This document shows positions 13,942 through 27,761 of a stretch of DNA of 64,000 nucleotides, piece after piece. A program made the position numbers and the translations under genes. Every line of letters starts with the position of its first letter. Position 1 is the stretch's first letter. The notes beneath the pieces were generated by a model. The model did not search any database. It was not told the DNA's origin and saw only the letters and a program-made list of their open reading frames with translations. The DNA is from Octopus sinensis (Eukaryota): the NCBI RefSeq assembly GCF_006345805.1, contig NC_043009.1:59334001-59398000 (forward strand). The letters run 5' to 3'.

Positions 13942-13979
13942 CTATATATATATATATATATATACCACACACACAATGG

Positions 13980-14360
13980 TTTTGGTCATTTTACTGCGGC
14001 CATGCTAGAGAACCGCCTTTAGTCGAACAAAACGACCCCTAGACTTATTATTTGTAAGCCAAGTACGCATTCTATTGGTCTCTTTCGCCGAAACGTTAAG
14101 TTACAAGGACGTAAACACACCAATATCGGTTTTCAAGCGATGGTGGTGGACAAACATAGACACACATACAAATATATATATACATATATATCTGTATTCG
14201 ATGGGCTTCTGTCAGTTTCAATCAACCAAATCCACTCACAAAGCTTTGGTCGCCCAGAGGCTATAGCAGAAGACACTTGCCCAGGGTGTCACGCAATGGG
14301 ACTGAACCCGGAACCATGTGGTTGGTAAGCAAGCTACTTAACACAGCCACTCCTGCGCCT
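13980..14360 (-). mobile_element. SINE B, near full length
   Basis: Reverse complement of the 60661-61040 layout: head ggcgcaggagtggctgtg, CORE ccctgggcaagtgtcttc, internal (TA/TG) tract, tail. Confidence 0.9.
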
Positions 14361-14374
14361 ATATATATGAAAAA

Positions 14375-14572
14375 CATAACAGCCAATTCTCCCTCAATCT
14401 ATTTCCAGTTGTCTTAAAAGAAAGGATACATTCGATAATCTTTTTTTGGAGTCCGTCTACATAAAAAGAAAAGATGTGAATGGCCGCTTGTGGAATGCTT
14501 TTAAATTTGTTAGCCCGATCAGCATTAACCTGGGGTTGAACACCAACAAGAAGAAGAACAACCATCAGATAT
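14375..14572 (+). mobile_element. 3' portion of another retroposon (SINE/LINE tail)
   Basis: acagccaattctccctcaa...gatcagcattaacctggggttgaacaccaacaag; related motifs at about 8236-8285(+), 27860-27920(-) and 36762-36812(-). Confidence 0.45.
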
Positions 14573-14764
14573 GACAGCAATGTGGTGTGTTGTAATAAAT
14601 GTCATTGGTTGTGAGTTATGAGGGAAGAGAACGTAGGGGGTGAAGGATGAAAGAGGGGGAGAGACTACTGTAAACCATTTGACATCCGGTAGGTCATAGA
14701 TGTCAACTGGGCATTTTTCACACCTCTTAACACACCATCTGAACTAACATCAGCAGCCGCAGCG

Positions 14765-14812
14765 TTATAGCCACCGTCACCACCACCACCACCACCACCA
14801 CTAACAACAACA

Positions 14813-14850
<38 letters not shown>

Positions 14851-16015
14851 CGTTATAATTACCATCGTCAGCACCACCATCGCCATCATCACTATGACTG
14901 CCATCGCTACCATACCACCACCACCACCACCACCACCAATACCACAATCACCATACCACCTTCATTTCCCCATCAACACCACCACCGCCGCTGCCACCAG
15001 TATCACCACTATTATCACTACCGCCACCCCCATCACTACTGTCACCACAACCACCATCACCACCACAGCCATCACCATTACCACCATTAGCACCACCACC
15101 ATCACCACTACCACCTTCACCACCACCACCACCGCCACCAGCATCACCACTAGCACCACTAGCACTACCATCACCATCATCATCTCCGACGCCGCCGCCA
15201 ACAGCCTCACCACTATCACCACCACCACCACCACCACCACTACCACCACTACCACCTTCTTCACCACTACTACCACCACCACCATCGTCAATAGCACCAC
15301 CACTACTCCTATCACCACCATCACCACAACCGACACGGCCGCCTACAACAGCCTCACCACTATCACCACCTCCACCACCACCACCACCACTACCACCTTC
15401 TTCACCACTATCACCACCACCACCACCACCACCACTACCACCACTACCACCTTCTTCACCACTACTACCACCACCACCATCATCAATAGCACCACCACTA
15501 CTCCTATCACCACCATCACCACAACCGACACGGCCGCATCCAACAGCCTCACCACTATCACCACCACCACCACCACCACCACCACCACTAGCATCAACGC
15601 CATTACTACCACCTCCACTAAACTCAACACCACGACCAACTTTACTATCACCACTACCATCATCACCACCATCAACATGCTCAACACTGCCACCACAACT
15701 ACGCCGCCAACCACACCCAGCATCATCATTAACAGCATGAACACCACTACTTATACTACACTTATACTACAACCACAACCTATTATACAACTACGCCACT
15801 ATATACATACATATATATATATATACAACTATACCACCACTATATCTACTACCACTACCACTACCACCGCCACTATCGCTACCACCGTCACCACCACCGC
15901 CATCACCACCACTATTATCACCACTACCACCGCCACCACTAGCACTATCGCCCCTACCACCACTCACGCCACCACCACTATCACCGCCACCCCCAATATT
16001 GCCACCACCACCATT
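14765..16015. repeat. (ACC)/(ACT)/(ATC) low-complexity field with higher-order tandem units
   Basis: Unit starting aacagcctcaccactatcacc recurs at about 15200, 15347 and 15542; source of the 392-aa Thr-rich ORF. Confidence 0.85.
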
Positions 16016-16079
16016 AGTAAACCCAACAATTACCGCAGCGTCACCTCCGCTGCAATTATCGGATCTTGTTAAATCCCAA

Positions 16080-16335
16080 TTATCCGGCAAAATCGTTAAG
16101 CACACCGGACAAAATGCTTAGCGGTTTTTCTTCCGGCTTTATGTTCTGAGGTTCAAATACCAGCGAGGTCAACCTTGCCCTTTCATCCTTTCGGATTCGA
16201 TAAAATAACGACCAGTTGAGCACTGGGGGGGGGGAGGTGGGGATGAGGGGTTCACCGTAATCGACTTGGCCCCCAAAACCCCGCCCTACGCTCTTTTCCG
16301 AAAGTTCAGTCTTTGAGTCTATAGTAGAAAGGAAC
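16080..16335 (+). mobile_element. Degenerate SINE A
   Basis: ggcaaaatcgttaagcacaccggacaaaatgcttagcgg...gttcaaatac...tttcatcctttcgg. Confidence 0.75.
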
Positions 16336-16359
16336 TATTATCTAAAAGCAGTGGGAGTA

Positions 16360-16361
16360 CG

Positions 16362-16439
<78 letters not shown>

Positions 16440-16586
16440 TAGTAGTGATGGTGGTGGTGGTAGTAGTAGTGTGTAGTAGTAGTCGTAGTAAGTAGTAGTA
16501 GTAGTAGTGATGGTGGTGGTGTAGTAGTAGTAAGAGTAGTAGTAGTAGTAGTAGTAGTAGTTAGTAGTGATGGTGGTAGTTTTAGT

Positions 16587-16627
<41 letters not shown>

Positions 16628-17052
16628 TAGTAGTAGTAGTAGTAGTGTAGTGTGGTGGTGGTGGTGGTGGTAGTAGTAGTAGTAGTAGTCGTAGTAGAGT
16701 AGAGTAGTAATAGTAAAGGTGGCACTGGTGGTGGTGGTACTGCTGGTGATGGTGGTGGCGGAGGCCGTGTTTGTTAGTGGTGTTGGTGCTGGCAGTACTA
16801 ATGATGATAGAGTTGGTGGTGCAGGTGGCGGTGGTGATATTGGCAGTGGTGGTGGAGGTGGTGGTGGTGGTGGTGGTGGTGATGGTGAAGCTAGTAGTAG
16901 TAGCAGTGTTGGTGGTAGTAGTAATAGTGGTGGTGGTGGTGGTGGTGGTGGTAATGGTAGTGGTAATGATTGTTGTAGTGCTGATGGTGGCGGTAGTAGT
17001 AGTAGTAGTAGTAGTTGTTGTTGTTGTTGTTGTTGTGTGTGGTGGTGGTGGT
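16360..17052. repeat. (GTA)n/(GGT)n microsatellite field
   Basis: Direct reading. Confidence 0.95.
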
Positions 17053-17352
17053 GGTGACGATATTTAAGGTGAAAGTGATGTTGGTGCTAGTAGGGATGGT
17101 GTGTTAGTATTGGGAATGGCGGTAATGAGGGTGGGGTGGTGTTGCTAGGGGCGATTGTAGTGGGTGCTGAGCGGTGTGATGGTGATGGCGTTGGTGGTGG
17201 TGGTGGTGTGGTGACGATATTTAAGGTGAAAGTGATGTTGGTGCGAGTAGGGATGGTGTGTTAGTATTGGGAATGGCGGTAATGAGGGTGGTGTTGCTAG
17301 GGGCGATGTAGTTGGGTGCTGAGCGGTGATGGTGATGGCGTTGGTGGTGGTG
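17053..17352. repeat. ~155-bp direct tandem duplication
   Basis: ggtgacgatatttaaggtgaaagtgatgttggtgc...gatggcgttggtgg occurs at about 17053 and 17210. Confidence 0.85.
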
Positions 17353-17569
17353 GGTGGTGATTGGTGGGGGGGTGGATTGATGGTGGCGGTGCTATAAGCA
17401 TTTGTGATGAATGTGGTCGACATGATGATGTAAACAGTGATGAGGGAGATGATGTTGGTCGTAATACGATATGTGGCCATGATGGGGGAAAAGTGAGAGT
17501 GACGGAGGAATGGGAGGAGGGGGAAGAGGATTGGGGATAAGGGGATAGGAGGAGGAGCAGGAGGAGGAG

Positions 17570-17768
17570 GTGGAGTGGTTGTGTGGTAAGAAGCATGTTT
17601 CGCAACCAAATGCCACCTTGGGCAAATGTCTTCTACTATAGCCTAGGGCCGACCAAACCCTTGTGAGTGTTTGACCCCCCCAACATTGCTTGACAACCGA
17701 TGCTGGTGTGTTTAAGTCCCCGTAACATAGCGGTTCGACAAAAGAGACCGATATAATAAGTACTAGGG
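17570..17768 (+). mobile_element. SINE B with internal deletions
   Basis: ggagtggttgtgtggtaagaagc...caccttgggcaaatgtcttctactatagcc...cttgacaaccgatgctggtgtg...gagaccgatataataagtactagg. Confidence 0.85.
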
Positions 17769-18264
17769 TAGTATGTATGCATGTGTGTGTGTGTATATGT
17801 GTGTGTGTTTGTGCGTAGGTGTAATTGTGGAGGTCAATTCGCTGATGAGTGAAATTTGAAGTTCAAGTTACTTTCATTTTCATAATAAATGTTAAGTTAC
17901 TCAGTTAAGTTGAATAAATCCAAGAAGGTGAAATAAAGTGATGTTAGACGGCGCAAGGCAAGATGCTGGTACAGAAGTTGCTGGGAAGAACGCAAACGGC
18001 TGACGGAAGTGCAGAATGAAAGGTTTCCTTTTTTTGACTGGAAAATGGAGACGCGGTGGAGGGAATTACCTGAACGAAAGCAAGGTGGAGTATGCTTGGC
18101 TTTCATGTAGCGGTCAAGCTTTCCTGAAGTGTTGGGTGGAGATGGGGAGGGATGTGGGGGGGCGCATTCAAACGTGCGAATGACAACAAAGAATTGCAAA
18201 AGGTTGGAAGAGTTCATGTACGGAAATGTATGTCTGTGTGTGAGTATGTTTGTCTGTGGTTGTG

Positions 18265-18480
18265 TGTGCGTGAGTGTGTACGTATGAGTACCTGTGTGCC
18301 TCTGTTTGTACGTGTGTATGTGTGTGTGTGTGTGTGTGTGTTTGTGTACGTATGAGTGCCTATGTGCCTCTGTGTGTGCGTGTGTATACGTGTGTGTGTG
18401 TGTGTGTTTGTGTACGTATGAGTGCCTATGTGCCTCTGTGTGTGCGTGTGTATACGTGTGTGTGTGTGTGTGTTTGTGTG
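18265..18480. repeat. ~66-bp minisatellite (three copies) built on a (GT)n backbone
   Basis: gtgtacgtatgagtgcctatgtgcctctgt... repeated three times. Confidence 0.85.
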
Positions 18481-19217
18481 CATGAAACAGGGAAAGAGAG
18501 AGTGTGAAAAAGTATGTGTGAATGTGGGTGTGATCACCTACATTCCTGTCTACAGGAAAACCGGTGAATATAGGCTATATGAACGCAAATGTAAAGACAG
18601 GGAGAACATAGAAAGAAGTCTATCAACAAATTCCAAGAAGTGTGAGAATGTTACACAGTTTTGTATAATATAATCTACGAATATCAAAATAATATTAAAA
18701 GTACATGAGTGTCCACAATGGTGCCACAACAGTACATGTGCAACATCTAACGTGTGTAGGTTGTCAGACATTTTGTAGTTGAAGGCGTTATTGCCAACGA
18801 TGGTTTTTAAAAGTACATTAAATGTTGCTACTTGTCTGTGTTGTATGTGTTTGATGTTCGGTTGCGCTTCTGCGTAGTTGTGTTTGGGTGCAAGTGTTTG
18901 AGTGCATCTGTGGAGACTGGAGCGCGAACTATTTTCTATTGGTTGTTCGTGTCAATGAGTATACAAATGTATACACAGGCACACACACAAACGCATATAT
19001 ACATACAAAAAACAGGCACATCTATATGTGTGTAAATATGTATATATATATGTATATACATACATATATACACATATATACATATGTATACATATATAAA
19101 CATACATGCGCTTTCATATATGTGTATGAGTTTTTGTGCATATATGCGTTTCTATGTGTACATATGCGCAAATATACATACGTACATATACGTACATATA
19201 TATAGATAGATAGACAT

Positions 19218-19272
<55 letters not shown>

Positions 19273-19279
19273 TATAGAT

Positions 19280-19320
<41 letters not shown>

Positions 19321-19395
19321 CATATATATATATATGTATGTATATGTGTACATACATATATATATATATTTACAAATATATATATATATATATTT

Positions 19396-19432
<37 letters not shown>

Positions 19433-19882
19433 CTCACACACGCACTCACAGGCATGTTCGGTTGCCTTTTACCTCTCTACCCAGCGATTGTCCCGCGAGA
19501 GTTACGGCCCCGCGATAAGAAGAAACCCCACCGCAACAGCCGGTTTTATTGTTTGTTTGTATTTATCCGCTTCAATGACCATCTACCACGAGCGAGCAGC
19601 ATGGGAATATAAACACAATTGTTTCAGATCCTTGTTTATAAATATAAAGCTCTAGCAAGTAGAAACCCGTAGGGGTCTATTAAATAATTTAACAGGCACT
19701 CCCTATCTATTTCTCTTCTTTATTATCGTTCATTTCAACCACTTGTCTTCTGGGTTGTGTGTGGTTTTTCTGTTTGGGTGAATAGTGCGATTGTGTACAC
19801 ACACACACACACACACACACACTACTCACATACACATATTTATGTGTGTGTGTGTGTGTGTAAATATATATGTAAATATATG

Positions 19883-19919
<37 letters not shown>

Positions 19920-19984
19920 TTACTGCTTCACATATTTCAACCCTAACGCTGTGGCCATGCTAGGCTCCGCCAGGTATATATATG

Positions 19985-20018
<34 letters not shown>

Positions 20019-20030
20019 ACATATATATAT

Positions 20031-20233
20031 AGTTAATCCAAACAAGAAAGCACAAAAAAACACAACGCGAGGACGTGGAACAAATATAGTATTATTGGAC
20101 GCTCAGGAAAGAAGGAAAGAAAAAGAGTTTAACATTTCGAGCGGAGCTCTTCGTTGGAAACATAGGAGAATAAAAGATCCAGAGAAGGGAAGACAGAGGG
20201 GAAAAATCGTCAACAGTACACACGAGGTCACAT
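20031..20233 (-). mobile_element. PLE pLTR-like copy with decayed hammerhead (core CCAACGA, stem III ATGT)
   Basis: Reverse complement of 13200-13410; motif at 20127-20161; 3' end abuts (TA)n. Confidence 0.8.
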
Positions 20234-20964
20234 TTTGAAATATTTACATATACATATATATAGATGAAGCTTTCCATATTTCGCCAGAATATATACGTGT
20301 GTATATATATGTGTGTATTGCTGAAATGAGTAAAGGAGTATATATAAAAACATGATACGACATATGTGAACGTATTTGGTCTTGTTCTTAATTTTTCCTG
20401 ACTTTCCGTACGTTCTCCCGCCGCCCTTTTATTCTACATGTGTGTGTCTGTGTGTGTGTTTGTGCGCATGCGTGCATACTGTTTTTTCATGTCGCAGTTT
20501 AACAAAAAATAATAATATTCAAAACTGAAACATGGTGCTGGAGGAAGGATACTTTTGTACGTACATATATATATATGTCATTTCAGGTTAGAAAAAAACC
20601 AGGTTAATACAGAAATTTGGAAACCCGGTTTCTTTCGTTCAGCCTACGTATCAACCAGATTGAGAAGCAATATGATACAGATCATCAAGTTTTTTTGGTA
20701 ATTCGCCAATGTGATGAAGGTTGTTTCGGGGACATGGGATTTCATTTTGTTTGGGTAGTTATGTATCATGGCTATCTATAGTGTTACTAATTTTTTTTTA
20801 CGTTGATTTTTATTATGTGTCAGTGTGAGTTTATCATAGTTTGTGTGAGTTTATCAAGTTATTTTCAAGTTAAAAAGGAAGAAATCAAACCATTGTAACT
20901 TTGTTTATCTTGGACTGGTTTCTTGCGTTGTCTGTTAATGTGAATAAATTGCTGGATTTTAATG

Positions 20965-21243
20965 TGGTACCTATTATTTGTTCACTTTTGCCGAACCATT
21001 AAGTTACGGGGACGTAAACATACCAACATCATTTGTCAAGCAATTGAAGGGGGACAAACACACGTATACATATATATGTACATATATACGACGGGCTTCT
21101 TTCAGTTTCCGTCTACCAAATCCACCCACAAGGCTTTGGTAGACCCGAGGCAATAGTAGAAGACACTTGCCCAATGGGACATGCAGGGGTCCTCAACGGA
21201 ACCATGTGATTGGTAAGGAAGCTACTTACCACAAAGCCACTCC
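20965..21243 (-). mobile_element. SINE B, tail truncated
   Basis: gccgaaccattaagttacggggacgtaaaca...gggcttctttcagtttccgtctaccaaatccac...gaagacacttgccca...taccacaaagccactcc. Confidence 0.85.
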
Positions 21244-21415
21244 ATATATATATAATATATATATATATATATTATATATATATATATATTATATATATAT
21301 ATATATAGTATATATATATATATTGTATAATATATATATTTATATATATACACATATATATATATATATATATATATTATAAGTTATATATATATATAGT
21401 TATATATATACATAT

Positions 21416-21484
<69 letters not shown>

Positions 21485-21680
21485 GTATGTATGTATGTAT
21501 ATAGTATGTATATATATTGTAGTCCTAGCTTAGCCACCGCTCTCGAAGTGAAACTAGTAAGAGAGTGAAAGTGTAAACGCGATTAACACAATAAATTTGA
21601 CTCGCTCTGAGCATTGAATTCCAGCACCGACATATATTTCTGTTGTTATTCTGAAACCTGTTGCGAGACAAACTCTGTTT

Positions 21681-21712
<32 letters not shown>

Positions 21713-21899
21713 TTATATATATATACACACACACAAACGTACATACGCACATTTACATTCATATCCACATGCATACACATTTTTTTTTTTTAATGATAGT
21801 AAGTTTCGATTGGGTGGTGGAAAAATAAGCAATATACCTTGATCAATATAACACCTATCTGAAAGAAAATCCATGAACGGAAAATACGAGTCGGGATGG

Positions 21900-22345
21900 G
21901 TTCGATGTAGAAAAAGATGGCGAAGAGAAAAATGTATTTCTAAATCTATACGCAGGAAATTGCGCTTGTATAGGAAAAACTGTGTGTTATTAAAATTATT
22001 GAATAAAGTATGCATAAGATTAGATTATAAACAAAACATATTAAAACATATTAAAAATACATATTCGTGTAAAGGTGTTAATTATAAAATATACATAAGT
22101 TCTTACGTGGGAATCAACCGGTAAAGCCTGAATGGAGTAGGAAATTATGTATGCGTGGGAGAAAAAACTCGGTGTATATTAAAAATTATTGGATTAAATA
22201 AACCGAATTAAATATGCATGCGATTAAATTGTAAACAAAATATATTAACATCACAAAATTGTGTAAGAGAATTAAATATATATAAATGCGCATGTTTGTG
22301 TATGTATGTGTGTGTGTGTGTGTGTGGTGTGTGTGCGTGTGCGTG

Positions 22346-22383
<38 letters not shown>

Positions 22384-23506
22384 TGTGCGTGCGTGTATGT
22401 GTGTCCATAAATGGATTAATAATAGCTGAATTTAGAACAGCGACAGTCGAAATTTGCTGTAATTTTCTTTAACAGAAATTTTAATAAAGGAAAATTTATT
22501 CCTCATAAAAAAAAAACGTATATTTTACTAGTTTGCATCATATGTCATATTCTTTATCGGTTTTCTAGCACAATTTATTTCTCTCATGTATTTACTTGCA
22601 AGTGTTGCAATAATTTTCTGTTGAAGTTAAACAAAGTGTCCCTAAGTAACAACACCAAACCCAAATCCTATACAGAAATAACGAATTATAACCTTAGATT
22701 TTCGAGTTATCAGCGCAGAGACTTCTATAGCATACTTAAATAAAATTTGCAGCGTATTTGTCAAAGTATATTTGGCATTTGCGAAACAATAGTCAGTACA
22801 CGTTTACTATTAGCGTGCTCGAGTTTGGATTAATATATTTCGTATCACCAGAAAATCTTTGGTCCAGTCTGCGATGTCTGCGGTGTCTACGGGAAAAGCT
22901 ATACTTATCTCTCAAGAATCCTATGAAGTTTCAACTTCGGATATAAATTGTTATGTTCCTGTAGGCACGCTCCGAAAGATATTTTGACTGATCATAAAAC
23001 ACTATAATCAATAATGCAAGTGAAAATGTCTATACTACTTAAGGTGCAGCCATACTTTATCTCTTTTTTATCTTTAGGAACTAAAATACGAAAACACCGA
23101 CACACACAAGAACACAGATGCATACACACAAACATAAATATATCTATATAGATATATATATGCAGACTATGTACGTATGCATATAAATATATCTCCCTTA
23201 TATGAATATGCATTGTTAATATTATATAATGTTTAAAATTTAATACCATGCATATAAAATTTGGTATATATAATTCAATAATATTAATATTCACCGTTTT
23301 TGGTCTGTAAACACGAAATTTTTTACGCACAATTTCACCGGATGAGTCCCTTTCAAACACTTATGTGTGAAAGTAAGTATGTATGTACGTATGCAGGTAG
23401 GTAGGTAGGTAGGTAGGTAAGTAGGTAGGCAGGTAGGTATGTAGGTAGGTAGAAAGCAGGTATATCTGCATATGTGTGTATAATGCATCTACACACACAT
23501 AAACAC

Positions 23507-23566
<60 letters not shown>

Positions 23567-24700
23567 GTAAGTATGTATGTATTGTAGGTATGTATGTATG
23601 TATGTATGTAAGTATGTATGTATGTATGTAAGTGTGTATGTATATATGTGTGTATGTATGTATGTATGTATGTATGTATGTGTGTATGTATGTATGTATA
23701 TATGTATGTATTATGTATAATGTATGTAAGTATATATGTATGTATTCATGTATGTATGTATGTATGTATGCATGTATGTATGTGTGTGTGTATGTAAGTA
23801 TGTATGTATGTATGTATGTAAGTGTGTATGTATATATGTGTGTATGTATGTATGTATGTATGTGTGATATGTATGTATGTATGTAGTGTGGATGTGTGTA
23901 TGTATGTAAGTATGTATTGTATGCATGTGTATGTTGTTATTTTGTATGTATGTATATATGTATGTGTGTATGTATGTATGTATGTAGTATGTATATATGT
24001 ATGTATGTATTTAAGTGTGTATGTATATATGTGTGTAGGTATGTATGTATGTATGTATGTATGTGGTGTATGTATGTATGTATATATGTATGTATGTATG
24101 TATATATGTATGTAAGTATATATGTATGTATCATGTATGTATGTATGTATGCATTATGTATGTGTGTGTTGTTGTAAGTATGTATGTATGTATGTATGTA
24201 AGTGTGTATTATATATGTGTATGTATGTATGTATTATTGTGTATGTATGTATGTAATGTATGTGTGGATGTGTGTATGTATGTAATATGTATGTATGCAT
24301 GTGTATGTGTATTTTTGTATGTATGTATATATGTATGTGTTGTGTATGTATGTATGTATGTATGTATGTATTATGTATGGTATTTATGTATATGTATGTA
24401 TGTAGTGTGGTGTATGTATGTAAGTAGTATATATGTTGTATGTAAGTAGGATGTATGTAAGTATGTATGTATGTATGTGTTTGTATGTATTTATGTATGT
24501 ATATATGTATGTATAGGATTTGCTTTTTTAATATCTTTTCATATGCTTTGTCTGCAATTTAATCACATACATACTTTACTCAATAATATCAATAATACAG
24601 TCGATTGCCCCCACCGCAGACTACCCCCATTTTTTTCTACGTTAATTTATTTACTTTTTATTCCTCTTATTAGCGAACGTCAACCCTTGCCTCTACATCG
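21900..24700. repeat. Old imperfect inverted-repeat structure (A, B ... B', A')
   Basis: 22105-22255 matches the reverse complement of 23200-23345; 21900-22065 matches the reverse complement of 24520-24700; A and B are also related to each other. Confidence 0.6.
23370..24515. repeat. (GGTA)n, (CA)n and long degenerate (TATG)n microsatellites
   Basis: Direct reading. Confidence 0.95.
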
Positions 24701-24922
24701 ATATTGTGCATTTTTTTGGGGGTTTTTTTTTTTTTGTAATTTGTATTTGTTCGTTTTATTTACTGTTATTTTCATTATTATCCTCTGAAAATCGGAACTG
24801 AAGGACTAAGGGCAACGACGTGTGACGTTTTCGGTACCCAATTCCTACACTCAGTGTTCCTCACGCACACACGCACGCACGCACGCACACACACACACAC
24901 ACAGACACACACACACACACAG

Positions 24923-24974
<52 letters not shown>

Positions 24975-25059
24975 CACACACAGAGGGGCTAGCAGACAGA
25001 CATACTGACATAAAGATAAATAGATAGACTGACAGACAGACAGTTAGCTAGCAAGCCAG

Positions 25060-25114
<55 letters not shown>

Positions 25115-25117
<3 letters not shown>

Positions 25118-25415
25118 CAAAATGGGACAAGAACGCAAAACATCCAGATAGACGATACGAAGAAAACAAGGATGGGTCATTCGGAGTTTCCTTTCCTCAG
25201 TCGTGTTCCAGATTATCTTTGCAATTTCGTCTGGTTATACTCGAGATTACTCCAATCTGGCCAGCACCAAAGAAAGACTAAGCTAAGAGCATTAGATTTC
25301 TTGGAAGAAAGCAGCGAATGTATAAGAAAACAAGGATGAAAAAAAAACAGAAAATGTTATACAAATAACAGGACATAACAACATGTGTTCTTTGACTAAG
25401 GACGAATTAAATTGA
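25115..25415 (-). mobile_element. Dispersed repeat, probable PLE terminal region (second copy at 56470-56836)
   Basis: Shared motifs tctaatgctcttag, gactgaggaaag, gaatgaccc and gtatcgtctatctg; both copies end at a (CA)n tract. Confidence 0.6.
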
Positions 25416-25419
25416 CCTG

Positions 25420-26043
25420 GCGTTTGTGGATTTTCCAAGCAATCGTTCAACATTCGATGCTATCCCAAACAGGTTCATACATTCCACAATCCAAGAATGT
25501 GGGATCATATCGTACGCCTTACGATAGTCGAGCTATGATATGGCTAAGTTACTTTTCCTCCTCTTGCAGTCTCTAACTACAGTTTTATCTATCAGGAGTT
25601 GATCCTTGATACCTCTGCACTTAGGCTTTCAACCCTTCTACTCATGTGGCAGGACTCCATTTTTTTTCTAGATGTTCCTACATTGACTCTACGAGTATTC
25701 CAATCAATAACTTCCAAATAAGTAGCAAACAGGATATCGGCCTGTAATTGTCTACCGTATTGCCTTTTTCGATGTTTTTTTAGGCACAGCACTGTCCTAC
25801 ACAATGTCAACCATTCTGGCGTTGCTTGATCGGCATTTAACAAGGTGTTGAGTTGTGCAACTATTCGTGCATGACATTCACCAAATCTTTTGATCCAGTT
25901 GCCTTGAACTCCATCTGGTCCTGGGGCCTTCCAGTTGCTCATTTTTTTTGCTGATTTCCTTCATTTCCCTAACTGAAATGACTAGTTCTGCCTGTTTGGG
26001 ACAGACTGCTGTTTATTTCAGTTCTTGCAACCATTCAGCATCC
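25420..26043 (-). pseudogene. Non-LTR retrotransposon RT fragment, R4/Dong clade
   Basis: Translation with stops and frameshifts: DAEWLQELK...MSNWKAPGPDGVQGNWIKRF...PEWLTLCRTVL...NYRPISCL...KDQLLIDK...DYRKAYDMIPHSWIVECM. Confidence 0.9.
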
Positions 26044-26061
26044 TATGTATATATGTATGTA

Positions 26062-26097
<36 letters not shown>

Positions 26098-26200
26098 TGT
26101 ATGTATGTATGTATGTATGTATGTATGTATGTATGTATATATATATATTTTCTCTAGTTTCAGCTCAGAGCTGCGGCCATGCTGATGCACCGCCGTTTAC

Positions 26201-26258
<58 letters not shown>

Positions 26259-26316
26259 ATATATATATATTTATGTATATATATATATATTATGTATATA
26301 TTATATATATATTTAA

Positions 26317-26382
<66 letters not shown>

Positions 26383-26749
26383 ATATATGTATATATATAT
26401 ATATATATAATATATATATATATATAGAGAGAGAGAGGAGAGAGAGAGAAAGAGAATAGTAGAACAGCAGTAGAGTATTTATATAAAGATAGTTATTGCC
26501 GGTTCATAGATTTACCCAGTGTTTTGCGACCACAAAGCGCTTGGCTTTACATACGTCTCGTACAACCCTAATGGCTGGTGGCTTTACATGCGTCTCGTCA
26601 GATCCTGTTGGCCTATCTTATATGTATATATATATATATGTGTGTTTGTGTGAGATAGAGAAAGATAATGTGTGTATGTGTGTGTGTATTTTGTGTTTGT
26701 GTGTGTTGGTCTGGAGTGATTGTGTGTCTTTGTGCTTGTATTTGTGTCC

Positions 26750-26880
26750 ATTACAACTTGACAACCCGTTGGCTTTTTTGTGTCCCTGCAACCTAGCAGT
26801 TCGCCAGCAGAGATCGGTAAACTAATAAACGCACTCGATGAGGTGCCCCAAGATGGCCACAGCTCAATGACTGAAACGAA
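26750..26880 (+). mobile_element. SINE B tail fragment
   Basis: cttgacaaccc...cctagcagttcgcc...gatggccacagctcaatgactgaaac. Confidence 0.65.
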
Positions 26881-27728
26881 ATAGGCAATAGTGTTTGTGT
26901 ATGTAGATATATAGACATGTAGAGAGAGAGAGAGAGAGTGAGAGAAATAGAGAGTGTAAGAGAGAGAGAGAGAGTAAGGGAGAGAGAGAGAGAAAGAGGT
27001 ATGACAGTCATATCATATAGTCTTGAAACGGGGATAAATTCAGAAACGGGTGGCCGTATGCGCTGGAATGATGGAGAAGTATGATGGGTGACGCGAAACA
27101 TACTTTAGAACCAGATATGCAATACGGGAATGGAGCGAATAAATTTATGGTTGAACAACAGATCGGGTACCTGATACGATATACCCTGAATATCTGGCAC
27201 GCCAACCAGGGTTGTTCACGCAAGAATGGTGATTTTGACATCATTCTTTCGCTCCCTCTCTCTGCTCTTTCTAACTCCTCCTCTCCACCTCTCTCTGCTC
27301 CCTCTCTCCAACTCTTCCTCTCCCCCTCTGTATGACTCGTCTTTATGTCTCTTCCCCCTCTCTCTCTCTCTCTTCTTCGCTCTGTGTATCTGTCTCACAT
27401 TCCGTACATCTGGCCAACCTTCCCTGTCTAGATCCGCGCATGTCCTCCCATGTGTTGGTTTTGCGTTGTATGTTTTCACATACACATACAGACATACATG
27501 CAAACCACATATACACGCACACACATATCTATATGTATGTATAGGAATAGCTAAACAGACAGACAGACAGACAGAGTGAGAGAGACGGATGGACAGACAG
27601 ACAGACACATACACAGAGAAAGATATAGATAACAGAGAGACAGACAGTCAGACAGAGACAGCGAGACGGATTGCTAGATAGTTATACAGACAGACGGACC
27701 GATAAACGGACAGACAAATACATAGACA

Positions 27729-27761
<33 letters not shown>

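Noticed and set aside
17053-17352. 155-bp tandem duplication as a functional repeat
   Set aside because: It lies in an indel-rich SSR field and is bounded by GGT runs; slippage or an assembly artefact is sufficient
17842-17856. CTGATGA-GT-GAAA hammerhead-like core
   Set aside because: No room for stem II and no stem I or III pairing
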